The position numbers were made by a program, and so were the translations under genes. Of a stretch of DNA of 64,000 nucleotides, positions 20,881-31,804 are shown piece after piece (position 1 is the stretch's first letter; every line of letters begins with the position of its first letter). Under the pieces are notes generated by a model. That model was given only the letters and a program-made list of their open reading frames with translations, did not search any database and had not been told where the DNA came from. The DNA comes from Massalongia carnosa (lineage: Eukaryota): positions 1,054,001 to 1,118,000 of the forward strand of contig OZ287067.1 in NCBI GenBank assembly GCA_965645245.1, written 5' to 3'.

Positions 20881-23800
20881 TCTCTGCAAATCGTCGCGTG
20901 CAGGGACTCCCCCCCCTTCTCATTTCCTCATGTTTGATGGCCAGTTTTTCCCCCTCTTTGAGATCCAATACGCGATTTTCCGCAGCCTCCGCTTTGGAGC
21001 TGTTTGAATCAGATAAGACGTTCAGAGACAGTCACATGGTGATGACAGGTATCTTGCGATTATCTAGATCTAGGATTAGAACGTATAATCTAATTGATTG
21101 TGGTGCATCTGGCTTTTCATTCATCGATGAGAAATTTGCGCATACTAACCAAATTCCCCTTCATCTTCTCAAATATCCCCGCCGGCTCGAAGGATTCGAC
21201 GGCCAAAGGGCTCTATCCGGCAATATCACTCATGTGGCCGAAATCACCATGGATCTAGAAGGTCATGTAGAAAAACTCTTTCTATATGTCACCGGGTTAA
21301 AAAATTATCCCATTATCCTGGGCCATCCATGGCTCCGCCGGCATAACGCCATAGCCGATTTTGGGCATAATACGCTCACCTTTGCCTCCCCCTACTGCCT
21401 CACTCACTGTTGCCCCCACCCCGTCAAGCTTCAAGCCGTTGAGGAAGAATTCCTCACCCCAGCCGAGAGTCGAAAAATCTGGGATGAAGAGATCCTCGAA
21501 GACGCCCTAGGAAAAGTTATCAATCAAGACACGTCTATCAGAACGTCGATAACTTCTCTAGAAGAGGGGGAAGAAATTCCCACAATCAAAAATTCCATTC
21601 CTGACAATCCCGTCAAAATCGAGGAATCCATCCCTTTGTTCAAAACCGCGCCGCGCGATTTCACCTTAATCAAACCCGAAATCAATGAACCCGAACCCCA
21701 GCCTCAAAACCCCACCGATGAACCCAGTCGCATTGAAAATGCAATCCAGCAAGGGCTTCCCCCCCCGAAAATCCGATACCGAAGCCCGTCCAAATTGCGG
21801 ACATCCACCCAAAGACGTGCTCATCAAGCAGCACGCAAAACCACCCCGCAGATGAATGTCTGCGAAATCGGAGCTATCTCCTTCAATCGACTGACTCGGA
21901 AGAAAAACCACGATAGTTTCGCCCTGTCCATGAAAGAAATTGACCTCTTTCTAGGAAAAACCAACCCCGAACCTCTAGTAATGAAAGCCTCACCTAGTTC
22001 AGCCCCCGATTTGATCGAAAAAGCCAAAAAACCCAGCCCAGCCTACCAACCATTGCCATCTCGAGCAAGCCCGCACGAGAAAGAAATCCACCTAGCCTTA
22101 TTTAAGATGAATAAGGCCCTAACCCTAGCCACCGCCGTGACTCGTGAAGAGTTAGACGCTTACCGAGAAAGTAAGAACGTCGACCCAGCCCCCCTTCTGC
22201 CCAAGCAATACCACGAATTCCTAGATGTCTTCTCGAAGAAGAAATCCGAAGACTTGCCCCCCCGCCGTCCCTACGATCATGCCATAAACCTGAAAGAAGG
22301 TACGCAGGCCCCTAGTCAGGCCCTGTATGGTATGAGTCGTACCGAAATCGAGGAGCTCCGCCGCTACCTCGACGAAAATCTAGCCAAGGGATTTATTCGG
22401 GCTAGTCGCTCCCACGCCGCCTCCCCGGTGATGTTCGTGAAAAAGCCAGGTGGGGGACTTCGATTTTGCGTGGATTATCGTGCTCTGAATGCCATCACGA
22501 TTAAGGATCGCTATCCGCTGCCCTTGATCGCCGAGACCCTGCACCAATTAATCAAAGCCAAGATATTCACCAAGATAGACATCATCGCCGCCTTCAATAT
22601 GCTCCGCATACGAGAAGGAGACGAAGAACTCACCGCTTTTCGCACTCGTTTCGGCCTTTTCGAGTCCTTGGTCCTACCCTTCGGCCTATGCAACGGGCCC
22701 GCCTCATTTCAGCACTTCATCAACGATACGCTTCACGAGTATCTTGCTGACTTTTGCACTGCGTACCTAGATGATATCCTCATCTACAGTGACAATGAGC
22801 TGGAGCACGAGGTCCACGTCAAAAAAATCCTGTCTCGACTCCGAGATGCAGGCCTGCAAGCCGACATCACCAAGTGCAAGTTCCATGTCACCGAAATTGC
22901 ATACCTAGGGATGATCGTGACCACCGAAGGGATAAAAATGGACCCGGCCAAGGTGGAAACCGTCGTCAATTGGCCAAACCTCGTCAATGTGAAAGATGTG
23001 CAAAGCTTTCTGGGTTTTGCTAACTTTTATAGACGATTCGTGTATGGGTTTAGCGACATAGCTGGCCCCCTAACCAACCTGACCAAGAAGGAGACGGAAT
23101 TCCTGTGGACTGACAAATGCCAATTGGCATTCGAAATGCTGAAAAAAGCTTTCACCTCCGATGTCATTCTCAGGCATTTCGACCCCGATCGTCCCATCAT
23201 CGTCGAAACCGATGCCTCCGACTATGTTTCGGGGGGCATTCTTTCTCAATACGACGATGATGGGATACTTCACCCCGTCGCCTACTTCTCAAAGAAGCAC
23301 AATCCCGCCGAGTGCAACTACGAGATCTATGACAAAGAACTGATGGCAATCGTTCGATGTTTTGAAGAATGGCGACCCGAACTAGAAGGATCTGCCTTCC
23401 CCATCAGCGTCATATCCGACCACAAAAACCTGGAGTATTTTGCCTCCACCAAGCAGCTCAGCCGTCGCCAAGCTAGATGGAGCGAATTTCTCTCTCGATT
23501 TGACTTCAAGATAGTCTATCGACCAGGAAAAGCCGGAGGAAAACCGGACGCTCTAACTCGTCGATCGGGAGATCTTCCTAAAGAAGGGGATGATACGGAC
23601 GAGCGAAGGAAATTTCAACACCAAACCATTTTGAAAACCGAAAACCTGGATGAGGAAGTCGCAAAAAGTTATTTGCGATCCATTCTTCTGGCACCAGCTT
23701 TCCTAGATGATGCAGATATCGAAGAAGCAGAACCTCAGCTAGATGAGGACCTCATCGATCCCGATGAGGATATCTCCACGGAGCTCCTCTGGGAACAAGC

Positions 23801-25325
23801 CCTGACACGAGACCAATTCGCCCCCGAAGTCCTGGAAGCCCTTCGTAATAACGAGAGGCATCACAATCGAATCCAATTAGCCGAATGCGAAGATAGGGAC
23901 GGTATCTTGTATTTTCGAAACAAGAAATACGTACCTCGATCCGATCGTCTGAGGCTTCGTATCATTCAACTCGCTCACGATAGCGTCGCCGGCGGACATC
24001 CGGGCCGTTCCAAATGCCATGAGTTGGTAAATCGATCCTACTGGTGGCCCAGCATGCATCAGTCCATCAAGCGATTTATCCGAAACTGCCACACTTGCAG
24101 AAGATCAAAACCATCCCGCCAGCGCTATCAGGGCTGGCTACGCCCACTCCCCCCCCCCGAGCGCAGATGGCGGGATATTTCCATGGATTATGTAGGCCCC
24201 CTGACCCCCAGCACCTTCATGGGAATCACTTATCGCTACATCTTGGTGGTTATAGATCGCCTGTCCAAGATGCGACATTTCATTCCTATCACGTCCATGG
24301 AAGTTGAAGACGCCGCCGATGCGTTCTATCAGAATGTCTGGAAACTACATGGGCTTCCCGAAGCCATGGTTTCTGATCGTGGCCCCCAATTCGTCTCCGA
24401 TTTCTGGCAGCTCATGTGCAAGAGGCTGAAAATCGACGCCAATCTATCCACCGGATACCACCCGGAGACCGACGGGCAGACCGAGCGAGCCAACGCCACC
24501 ATGGAGCACTACCTAAGGGCTTATGTCAACTACATGCAGGATGACTGGGCACAATGGCTTCCTGGCGCCGAATTCGCCAGCAATAACACCGATTCATCTA
24601 GTATCCTAGCCTCCCCCTTCCTAGCCAACTTCGGGCAACATCCCCGCATGGGATTTGAACCGGAGGAACCCCTGCCGCAAGACCTAACCGCTCAGGGCAG
24701 AGCAAACCTAGTTGCAGCCAATCAGTTCGTGAATAAGATGCAGGATATCGACACTCATCTTCGAGACGAAATGCTGATGGCCCAAGCTTCGTACGAAGCA
24801 ACTGCAAATGCTAACCGACGTCCCTGCCCCCGCTATTTCGTTGGCGATATGGTGTGGCTAAGCACCAGAAATATCCAAACCGCTCGCCCCACAGTCAAGC
24901 TGGATGACCGAAATATCGGCCCCTACCGCGTCAGCAAGGTGTTTTCCAACCCCTTGATCGTACAGCTGGAGCTTCCCGATACCGTCAAAATCCATCCCGT
25001 CTTTCACGTCAATCTGTTGCAGCATGATGCCAATGACCCCCTCCCCGGGCAGAGACCGGAGCCTAGAGACCCCGTCATCGCCGAAGATGGCCAACGAGAA
25101 TGGTATGTCAATAGGGTATTGAATTCCAAGCTCGACCGACGTTTTCAACCCCCGCTTCTGAAATACCTAGTGGATTGGGAAGGGCATCCTTCCACCTGGG
25201 AGCCTTTCAACTATCTCATCAATTGTCAGCAAGTCATAGACGAATACCACCAAGCCTATCCCAATGCGGCCGGCCCTCATCTAAACCCCTGTCAAATTCC
25301 CCGTTGCCAATGCCACGAGGCATAG
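20868..25325 (+). CDS. pol: Pol of element B (PR-RT-RH-IN-chromodomain), -1 frame relative to gag
   Basis: LIDCGASG, LRFCVDY, YLDD, ETDASD, HHCC, GYHPETDGQTER, and chromodomain EWYVNRVLNS..KYLVDWEG. Confidence 0.95.
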   Translation, partial: GKSLVSANRRVQGLPPLLISSCLMASFSPSLRSNTRFSAASALELFESDKTFRDSHMVMTGILRLSRSRIRTYNLIDCGASGFSFIDEKFAHTNQIPLHLLKYPRRLEGFDGQRALSGNITHVAEITMDLEGHVEKLFLYVTGLKNYPIILGHPWLRRHNAIADFGHNTLTFASPYCLTHCCPHPVKLQAVEEEFLTPAESRKIWDEEILEDALGKVINQDTSIRTSITSLEEGEEIPTIKNSIPDNPVKIEESIPLFKTAPRDFTLIKPEINEPEPQPQNPTDEPSRIENAIQQGLPPPKIRYRSPSKLRTSTQRRAHQAARKTTPQMNVCEIGAISFNRLTRKKNHDSFALSMKEIDLFLGKTNPEPLVMKASPSSAPDLIEKAKKPSPAYQPLPSRASPHEKEIHLALFKMNKALTLATAVTREELDAYRESKNVDPAPLLPKQYHEFLDVFSKKKSEDLPPRRPYDHAINLKEGTQAPSQALYGMSRTEIEELRRYLDENLAKGFIRASRSHAASPVMFVKKPGGGLRFCVDYRALNAITIKDRYPLPLIAETLHQLIKAKIFTKIDIIAAFNMLRIREGDEELTAFRTRFGLFESLVLPFGLCNGPASFQHFINDTLHEYLADFCTAYLDDILIYSDNELEHEVHVKKILSRLRDAGLQADITKCKFHVTEIAYLGMIVTTEGIKMDPAKVETVVNWPNLVNVKDVQSFLGFANFYRRFVYGFSDIAGPLTNLTKKETEFLWTDKCQLAFEMLKKAFTSDVILRHFDPDRPIIVETDASDYVSGGILSQYDDDGILHPVAYFSKKHNPAECNYEIYDKELMAIVRCFEEWRPELEGSAFPISVISDHKNLEYFASTKQLSRRQARWSEFLSRFDFKIVYRPGKAGGKPDALTRRSGDLPKEGDDTDERRKFQHQTILKTENLDEEVAKSYLRSILLAPAFLDDADIEEAEPQLDEDLIDPDEDISTELLWEQALTRDQFAPEVLEALRNNERHHNRIQLAECEDRDGILYFRNKKYVPRSDRLRLRIIQLAHDSVAGGHPGRSKCHELVNRSYWWPSMHQSIKRFIRNCHTCRRSKPSRQRYQGWLRPLPPPERRWRDISMDYVGPLTPSTFMGITYRYILVVIDRLSKMRHFIPITSMEVEDAADAFYQNVWKLHGLPEAMVSDRGPQFVSDFWQLMCKRLKIDANLSTGYHPETDGQTERANATMEHYLRAYVNYMQDDWAQWLPGAEFASNNTDSSSILASPFLANFGQHPRMGFEPEEPLPQDLTAQGRANLVAANQFVNKMQDIDTHLRDEMLMAQASYEATANANRRPCPRYFVGDMVWLSTRNIQTARPTVKLDDRNIGPYRVSKVFSNPLIVQLELPDTVKIHPVFHVNLLQHDANDPLPGQRPEPRDPVIAEDGQREWYVNRVLNSKLDRRFQPPLLKYLVDWEGHPSTWEPFNYLINCQQVIDEYHQAYPNAAGPHLNPCQIPRCQCHEA

Positions 25326-27997
25326 ATAAGATGGCATCGCAGGAGCTCTGCCTTGAAGGGGGAGCTACTGTCATGAAATGCCTCCGACCTCACCACGTGC
25401 CTCTATCACGTGCCTTGATCTGATGACTACTCACGGACGTCGTGCCATGCCTTCGGGACCCTCATATCATTCTTCGAATTCGCCGATTACTGATCATTAA
25501 TCAGCCTCGCATTGATGATTTATTCCCGTCTTTCGACTATTATCATGTCTAATAGCTTCGCATTGATGTTTGACATCTCCCGTCTCCTCGCTGACCCCAT
25601 CGTGCTTATTGCCGCTATAATGCCCCTCATTCATCATCGCACTGACTAGACATCATTCGCCGCCACCCTAGAAAGATGAATATGGGAGGACAAAGATATA
25701 AGAAAGAAGTCGAATCATGGAAGTTCTGATTCTTTGTCGAACGTCTTGAATAGCCAACCTAGCCTAGCCTAGATTCATAGCTATAGACTCAATCAATAAG
25801 CTTGACCATCAACCCACCTTGCCTTTGCCCTTGCCCTCGACCTGATTTCGTGACAAACTTCGATCCTTTCATCTCCGTTTTCAACGTCGACGAGCTTAGC
25901 ACTGTCGTGCAGCAACAGTCACAGGCATGACTCGACTTCCTTCTTCGTGTCATCAACTTCTCGATCAATGCTCAGGAAGTCATCATCAATTTAAAGATTG
26001 ACAAAGCATTCGCATTATCTTTTCTTGAGCAGGCTAACGTCACTCTGTTCGAGAACGCAATCATTATGATCGCTGAACAAGCAGTCATGAACGAACTCCG
26101 CATCAATTTGATCGATGCCTCGCAATCTAAATCGCATCGTTTTATCAAGCATTCGAACTCATCTTTCTTTGATGACGATAAGACAGAACTGAGAGAATGA
26201 ATGACACAACTTCGAATTAAACTGAATATCAACAAGAATCACTATTCTATCGAACAAAGCAAGCTCGCTTATGCATTAAGTTGCTTGAAGAAGAGAGCAT
26301 TGAAACAACTGCAGTCGTATCTGAAAAAAGATGAAAACATCGCTCTTGCTGATATGAAAGCGTTCTATATCAAATTGCAGTTGATCTTCGATGATCTCGA
26401 TAGAAAAACAATCGCACAAAGAAAACTGCGACAGCTTCGACAAAAGAACAAAGAATTCTACTTATATCTTTTCGATTATCAACGCCTTGTTCTCGACATC
26501 GACTTCGACGATGAAGTCAAACGTTTTATTCTTCTGAACGATCTCAGCGATGAGTTAAAATTCGCTCTAATCACAGTGAATCTATTCATCTCGTTGAACG
26601 ACATCATTCAAATTCTTCAGAAAATCGACAATCGATTTCGCTTCGTTCAGGCCTTCATTCGCAAATCATTCTCATATGATTCATCTCGCTCTTTCTTCGT
26701 TTCGTTCACTTCGATCATTAAAATTTCTTTCATTTTCAGCACTTCTGTTCCTCGCCTCGCTTTCATCTCATCTGCAAACACGAATGTCATGAATCTGTCG
26801 ATTTTCAGGCGTCGCGATTTCATCATCTCGACGAAAAGATCACGTCGCATGAACGAAGAATTATGCATGTACTGCGAAGAATCAGAACATTTCGTCAATT
26901 TCTGTTCAATCTTCAAGAAAAAATCTAAAGTGAGAACATATGAATTGAATACGATGACTTCGAAAAAAAAGAAAAAAGTTCAATCTTCGATTTAAGTCGC
27001 GATCTGTAAGAGTCAGACCTGGCGATTATCAGACACCAGGCCTAGGGATATGTGACAATGTGAAGACACTAATGATTTGCTATACTAATATACTAAAAGA
27101 AGTATGTAGGTAAAGCGGAAGACTAATCGTTGAAGATTGCATCTCCCTCGAGCAGCCTCCTTATATACCCGGACCGAAGCCCTTGACCCTCTGGGCCCTT
27201 GATACTGTAACTATCTTGACCGCCCATTACTCCTACCGGATAAGCCGGCTAAACACTCTGCTGACTGCATCGTGGACACTGTGCTGACTGTATCGTAGAC
27301 ACTGTGCTGACTGTATCGTGGACACTATGCTGACTGTATCGTACCATCCGCTCACTAATCGTACGAGAATCCTCGTATATCTCGATCGCTCGTACTATAC
27401 TCTCGGCAGTAGATACCAGCCGCGTAACGCAGACCAACTGCTTTTCCATATGACTAAGCCTAGCCGTAGAACTAAGCCCCGCTTAGTTAGCTTAGCCCTT
27501 ATTCCTTCTATGCCCTGACAATTGCCTCCTCTCCTATAGTGCTGGTCCTCCAGCACGTACAGTACTCGAACGCGGAAGGGAGTGTGTAGGGACGTGATAG
27601 AAGATGTCGTGTAGATAGCAAGTTTGTTGTGTAGAAAGCGCGAATACCTGGCGCTTGACGTAGGTAGATGTAAATATCACTAGCTTCTCGGTAATGCTGG
27701 GTCGCCGATGCCGCTCCAAGCGCTAGAAGTAGCGGAGAAGGGGACGATGGCGATTATCAGCAGAGATCCGAGCTCGGTAACGCTAGCGTTGGTGGTTTGT
27801 TGATTTAGGTGAAGACGGTGAGGAGTACGAGACTGTTGTCTCCGAAAGCTCCTCCAGCGAGAGTCTCAAGGAAGAAAAGGGTGATGAGGAGTCGGACGAG
27901 GAAGTAGAAGATACTGATGGTGATGATGAGGTGCCGGACGAGAAAGCAGAAGGTTCCGATGGTGATGAGATGGCGAATAAGAAGTGTTTCGCTGGAT

Positions 27998-30900
27998 TCA
28001 GCGAGTAACCTGTAGTTTCTTGATTCGCCTGCGCTTTGCTTTCGGCTTTGCATCGAAATCCTGCTTCAGTTCTAAGGCTCCATCCAGATCTTTCTCTGGT
28101 ACCCACTCATCATATTCTTCAGGGTATCCTACCCATTTTACCTTATAGAATATTTCCCCTTTCTCAGACCTTCTACCTATAATTTCTTCCACTTCCCATT
28201 CCTGTTCATCGTTAATAATTTCAGGTGGGGGTAGAAACGGTATATGCTCTTGACCATCTCTTCGCTTGTAAGGTTCTAGGTAAGAGACATGAAAGACCGG
28301 GTGAATTCTATAAGTCGTAGGAAGAGCAAGACGATATGCCTGCTTGCCGACTGCTTCTAGAATGCGAAAAGGACCTAAAAACTTATGTGAAAGTTTTTTA
28401 CTAGGCCTTTTTTGTTTTAGATTCTTGGCAGATAACATTACCAAGTCCCCTTCATTGAAATCTTTCTCAAGATGTTTCTTGTTGTAGTACTTGGTCTGCG
28501 CTTCGGATACGCTTTTCCAGCGTGCCTCTAAAGAATATCTGAACTCGTGTAATTGCTTTACTCGTTCTTTCGCAGCGGGCACCCTCTCCACAGCGATGTC
28601 GTCCCCGACTTCGTAGCGAATCTCCGGGTTATAGCCGTACATACAATAAAAGGGGCTGCACCCAAGCGTACTTTGATAACTGACTTGGTAGACAAATTGT
28701 GCTAGGGGCAATAGTGCCACCCAGTTGGATTGATTGTCAGTGCAGTAAACTCTCAAATAGTGTTCAAGGGTCTGGTTTTGTCGTTCGGTTTGGCCATCAG
28801 TTTGAGGGTGAAAGGCCGTGCTAAGCCGGCGTTTCGTCTTTAAATGAAAACAAATTTCTGACCAGTACTCACTGGTAAAGACCGACCCTCTATCCGATAC
28901 TATGCCCTCAGGAGCGCCGAACTGTAATACTACCGATTCAAACAGAATTTCTGCAAGGTCCACTGCATTGATTTTTTTCGTAACCGGGATGTATAGCGCC
29001 ATTTTGGTATATCTATCCACAATTACTAGGCACGAGTCATAAACCCGGCCGAAACGCTTGCTAGGTGGAAACCCAGTTATGAAATCCATAGTGATTTCTT
29101 TCCAAGGACCGGAAGGACGTGGAAGCGATTGCATAACCCCGTAAGGTCGGTGCCTAGGCGCCTTCGTCCTTTGACAAATGTCGCAGGATTCCGTGTACTT
29201 CTTCACAGTCTTGTTAAGTCCTTTCCAATAGTATTTGCGGGTAAGCAACTCAGCTGTTTTCTCCGCACCAAAATGACCCGCGAGCTCGTCGTCATGATGA
29301 CGCCGCAACAGCTCCGCACGAATAGATTCTTCATCGGGCACGTAAATTCTGCCACGATGATTGAGAAGATCATTGCTATCTATAGTCCAAATTGCTTCGG
29401 GGGAGCGACCACCCTTGCGCTTCAAAGACTTAGCAACGGTCTCTCGCCTGCTAGACACGAATGCGTCTTTCCCCTGTAGCGCCTTGATGAGTTCAAGCAC
29501 TGACTTGGAAACACTTTCCAAAGGCTTTTCTTCATCTGATAAGGCAACAGCTACAGCCCGGGGAATACATTGCGTCAAGCCGACTTCAAAAGTATCACTC
29601 TCTTCGTCAAGAGAAGTAATTGATTTAGAGGTTTCACCCTCTAAATTCTCCAGGGGTTCAATCCCGGACGAAGCTATCTTTGAGCGAAGATCATACCTAA
29701 GTGCGGCAAGCACCGTACGAATCCCCGGCGTATAACCTACGCATAAGGAATCTATTTTGCTCAGCTTCTTTTGAAGAGTAGGCAACAATCTCGTCACCTC
29801 GGTGTTGATGCTCTGATAATCAGGGCGCCTAGACGGTGCATCGGCAGGATTGGTCTTTCCCGAGCGATGCATGATTACGAAATCATAAGCGGCTAATTTC
29901 ATAGCCCATCGCGCTTGCCGACCACTCAACACCTTAATATTCATAAAACCCCTCAAATTGTTGTGGTCTGTCAGGACCTCAACGGGGTGCAGGCTACCCT
30001 CCAGGTAATGCCTCCAGTGTTTAAAACACATCACAATGGCCAGCAACTCTTGATCATGGGTTTCATAGTTGCGCTCGGCCGGTATCATCTTCCGCGAGTA
30101 GAAAGCGACGGGATGCCATTGCCCATCCTTCTGCAACTGGGAGATAATGCCAGAGATTCCGAAATCCGATGCATCGGTCTCTAGGCGAATGAGCAGTTCT
30201 GGATCGAAGTGAACCAAGATGGGCGCGCCCTGAAAGGCTTCTTTCAGCTTGCTAAACGCTTCCGCTCCTTCGGCCGTAAGATAAAAAGTACCCCTTTTTA
30301 TCCCAGCCTGCATGCCTTTCAGCATGTCAGTCAATGGCCTAGTGATTTGAGAATAATGACGTATGAAACGTCGATAGAAATTGGCGAATCCTAGAAAGAC
30401 CTGAATGTCTCGAAAGGACTGAAGTGCAGGCCAATCCCGCACGGTTTCAACCCGGCGTGGATCCATGGAGATACCATCGCTGCTAATGATAAACCCTAGA
30501 TATTCCACGGCCGCAGCAAAGAACTCGCACTTTTTAAGATTTACATAGAGATCGTGTTTCCTTAGACGACGTAACACCTCTTTAACATGCTCCACATGGC
30601 TGGTTCTATCTTTGGAAAATACCAATATATCGTCCAGATAGACTACGCAGAAAACATCCACGATCCCAGATAAAGCTTTATTGATGTAAGCTTGAAAAGT
30701 TGCAGGGGCGTTGGCTAATCCAAAAGGCATAACCATATACTCGTAGTGTCCGTAACGGGATCGAAATGCCGTCTTCCACTCGTCGCCCTTGCGGATTCGG
30801 AGACGATGATAAGCATCTCGCAAATCCATTTTGGTAAAATAGGAACACCCGTTTAACTGATCCAGTATCTGCGTGATAAGAGGGAGCGGATGACGGTTCT

Positions 30901-31804
30901 TTTTGGTCACCTTATTCAATCCTCGATAGTCAACGCAGAGGCGCAGAGTACCGTCCTTCTTAGGCACAAATAGTATTGGTGCACCTGCAGAACTGGTGGA
31001 GTGCCGGATCCAACCCTTCGCCAGGGCGTCGTCAAGATATTCCCGAAGAGTCTTAAGCTCCGTATTCGATAAGTTGTATAAAGGACCATAAGGTGGATCA
31101 CCGCCTTCTAAATCGATAGCGTGGTCACAGTCCTTGTGCGTAGCTAATTGATTGGCTCTGTCCTTAGAAAAAACATCCTGGAATTCAGCAAATTCCACAG
31201 GTATCCCCTGCGTTTCGTTGGTGTTCCGGCTGTTGTTCTCATCAACAGCGCCAACATTAACAGGTTGTCTTTCGGAAGAAGGTGCAATGGGTTGAGCCAC
31301 TATAGCATAGAGTGGTGCCCCGGAATCCAGGGTCTTCGCAAACTGTTTAGGCTTGCACAACTCGAACATATCAGACTGAAAGCCATAACGCCAGCGCTTC
31401 GCTCCATAATCGATTACGATACCCAGCTGTTTGAGACCAGGGAGACCCAACACCAAGTCAGGGCCCTGTTTGTCAATTGCGTAAAACACGCTGGTAAAGG
31501 TGCGCTGTCGTTCCCAAGTATCCTCGAGAGCCATTACTACCTCATAAGCTTCATAGCAGTAAACCTCTTTACCATCCATGAATTGAGGAGCAGGTAGTTC
31601 GCTTTCAATAGGTCTAAGATCTGAAGCGACGGCGAATCCCTGATTAATCACATTAATCTCGGCTGCTCCATCAAGCAACACTGTCGCCGGGTATTTTTGG
31701 CCTCCGCTCGTTATAGTCCCCTTAGGAATTAGGCTTGGCTCGCTTTCTACTGATCTTTTCCCTCCATCGGCTGGCGAGCTTTTCGTGGAGGTTTGGCTTT
31801 TCCC
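27998..31804 (-). CDS. pol: Pol of element D1 (PR-RT-RH-IN-chromodomain)
   Basis: LRLCVDY, YLDD, ETDASD, AFHPQTDGQTER, and chromodomain EWEVEEI..YKVKWVGY. The -1 frame is open from G GGA AAA at 31804-31798. Confidence 0.95.
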   Translation of the reverse strand, partial: GKSQTSTKSSPADGGKRSVESEPSLIPKGTITSGGQKYPATVLLDGAAEINVINQGFAVASDLRPIESELPAPQFMDGKEVYCYEAYEVVMALEDTWERQRTFTSVFYAIDKQGPDLVLGLPGLKQLGIVIDYGAKRWRYGFQSDMFELCKPKQFAKTLDSGAPLYAIVAQPIAPSSERQPVNVGAVDENNSRNTNETQGIPVEFAEFQDVFSKDRANQLATHKDCDHAIDLEGGDPPYGPLYNLSNTELKTLREYLDDALAKGWIRHSTSSAGAPILFVPKKDGTLRLCVDYRGLNKVTKKNRHPLPLITQILDQLNGCSYFTKMDLRDAYHRLRIRKGDEWKTAFRSRYGHYEYMVMPFGLANAPATFQAYINKALSGIVDVFCVVYLDDILVFSKDRTSHVEHVKEVLRRLRKHDLYVNLKKCEFFAAAVEYLGFIISSDGISMDPRRVETVRDWPALQSFRDIQVFLGFANFYRRFIRHYSQITRPLTDMLKGMQAGIKRGTFYLTAEGAEAFSKLKEAFQGAPILVHFDPELLIRLETDASDFGISGIISQLQKDGQWHPVAFYSRKMIPAERNYETHDQELLAIVMCFKHWRHYLEGSLHPVEVLTDHNNLRGFMNIKVLSGRQARWAMKLAAYDFVIMHRSGKTNPADAPSRRPDYQSINTEVTRLLPTLQKKLSKIDSLCVGYTPGIRTVLAALRYDLRSKIASSGIEPLENLEGETSKSITSLDEESDTFEVGLTQCIPRAVAVALSDEEKPLESVSKSVLELIKALQGKDAFVSSRRETVAKSLKRKGGRSPEAIWTIDSNDLLNHRGRIYVPDEESIRAELLRRHHDDELAGHFGAEKTAELLTRKYYWKGLNKTVKKYTESCDICQRTKAPRHRPYGVMQSLPRPSGPWKEITMDFITGFPPSKRFGRVYDSCLVIVDRYTKMALYIPVTKKINAVDLAEILFESVVLQFGAPEGIVSDRGSVFTSEYWSEICFHLKTKRRLSTAFHPQTDGQTERQNQTLEHYLRVYCTDNQSNWVALLPLAQFVYQVSYQSTLGCSPFYCMYGYNPEIRYEVGDDIAVERVPAAKERVKQLHEFRYSLEARWKSVSEAQTKYYNKKHLEKDFNEGDLVMLSAKNLKQKRPSKKLSHKFLGPFRILEAVGKQAYRLALPTTYRIHPVFHVSYLEPYKRRDGQEHIPFLPPPEIINDEQEWEVEEIIGRRSEKGEIFYKVKWVGYPEEYDEWVPEKDLDGALELKQDFDAKPKAKRRRIKKLQVTR

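Larger units (their letters stand above)
19175..25855 (+). mobile_element. Ty3/Gypsy chromovirus B, intact, 6681 bp
   Basis: 487-bp LTRs at 19175-19661 and 25369-25855, no differences noticed. TSD AACTT. Polypurine tract GAAGGGGGAG. Confidence 0.96.

Noticed and set aside
27253..27345. 23-bp repeats resembling a CRISPR array
   Set aside because: The units are head-to-tail without unique spacers, lie inside LTRs, and there are no cas genes in this eukaryotic context.
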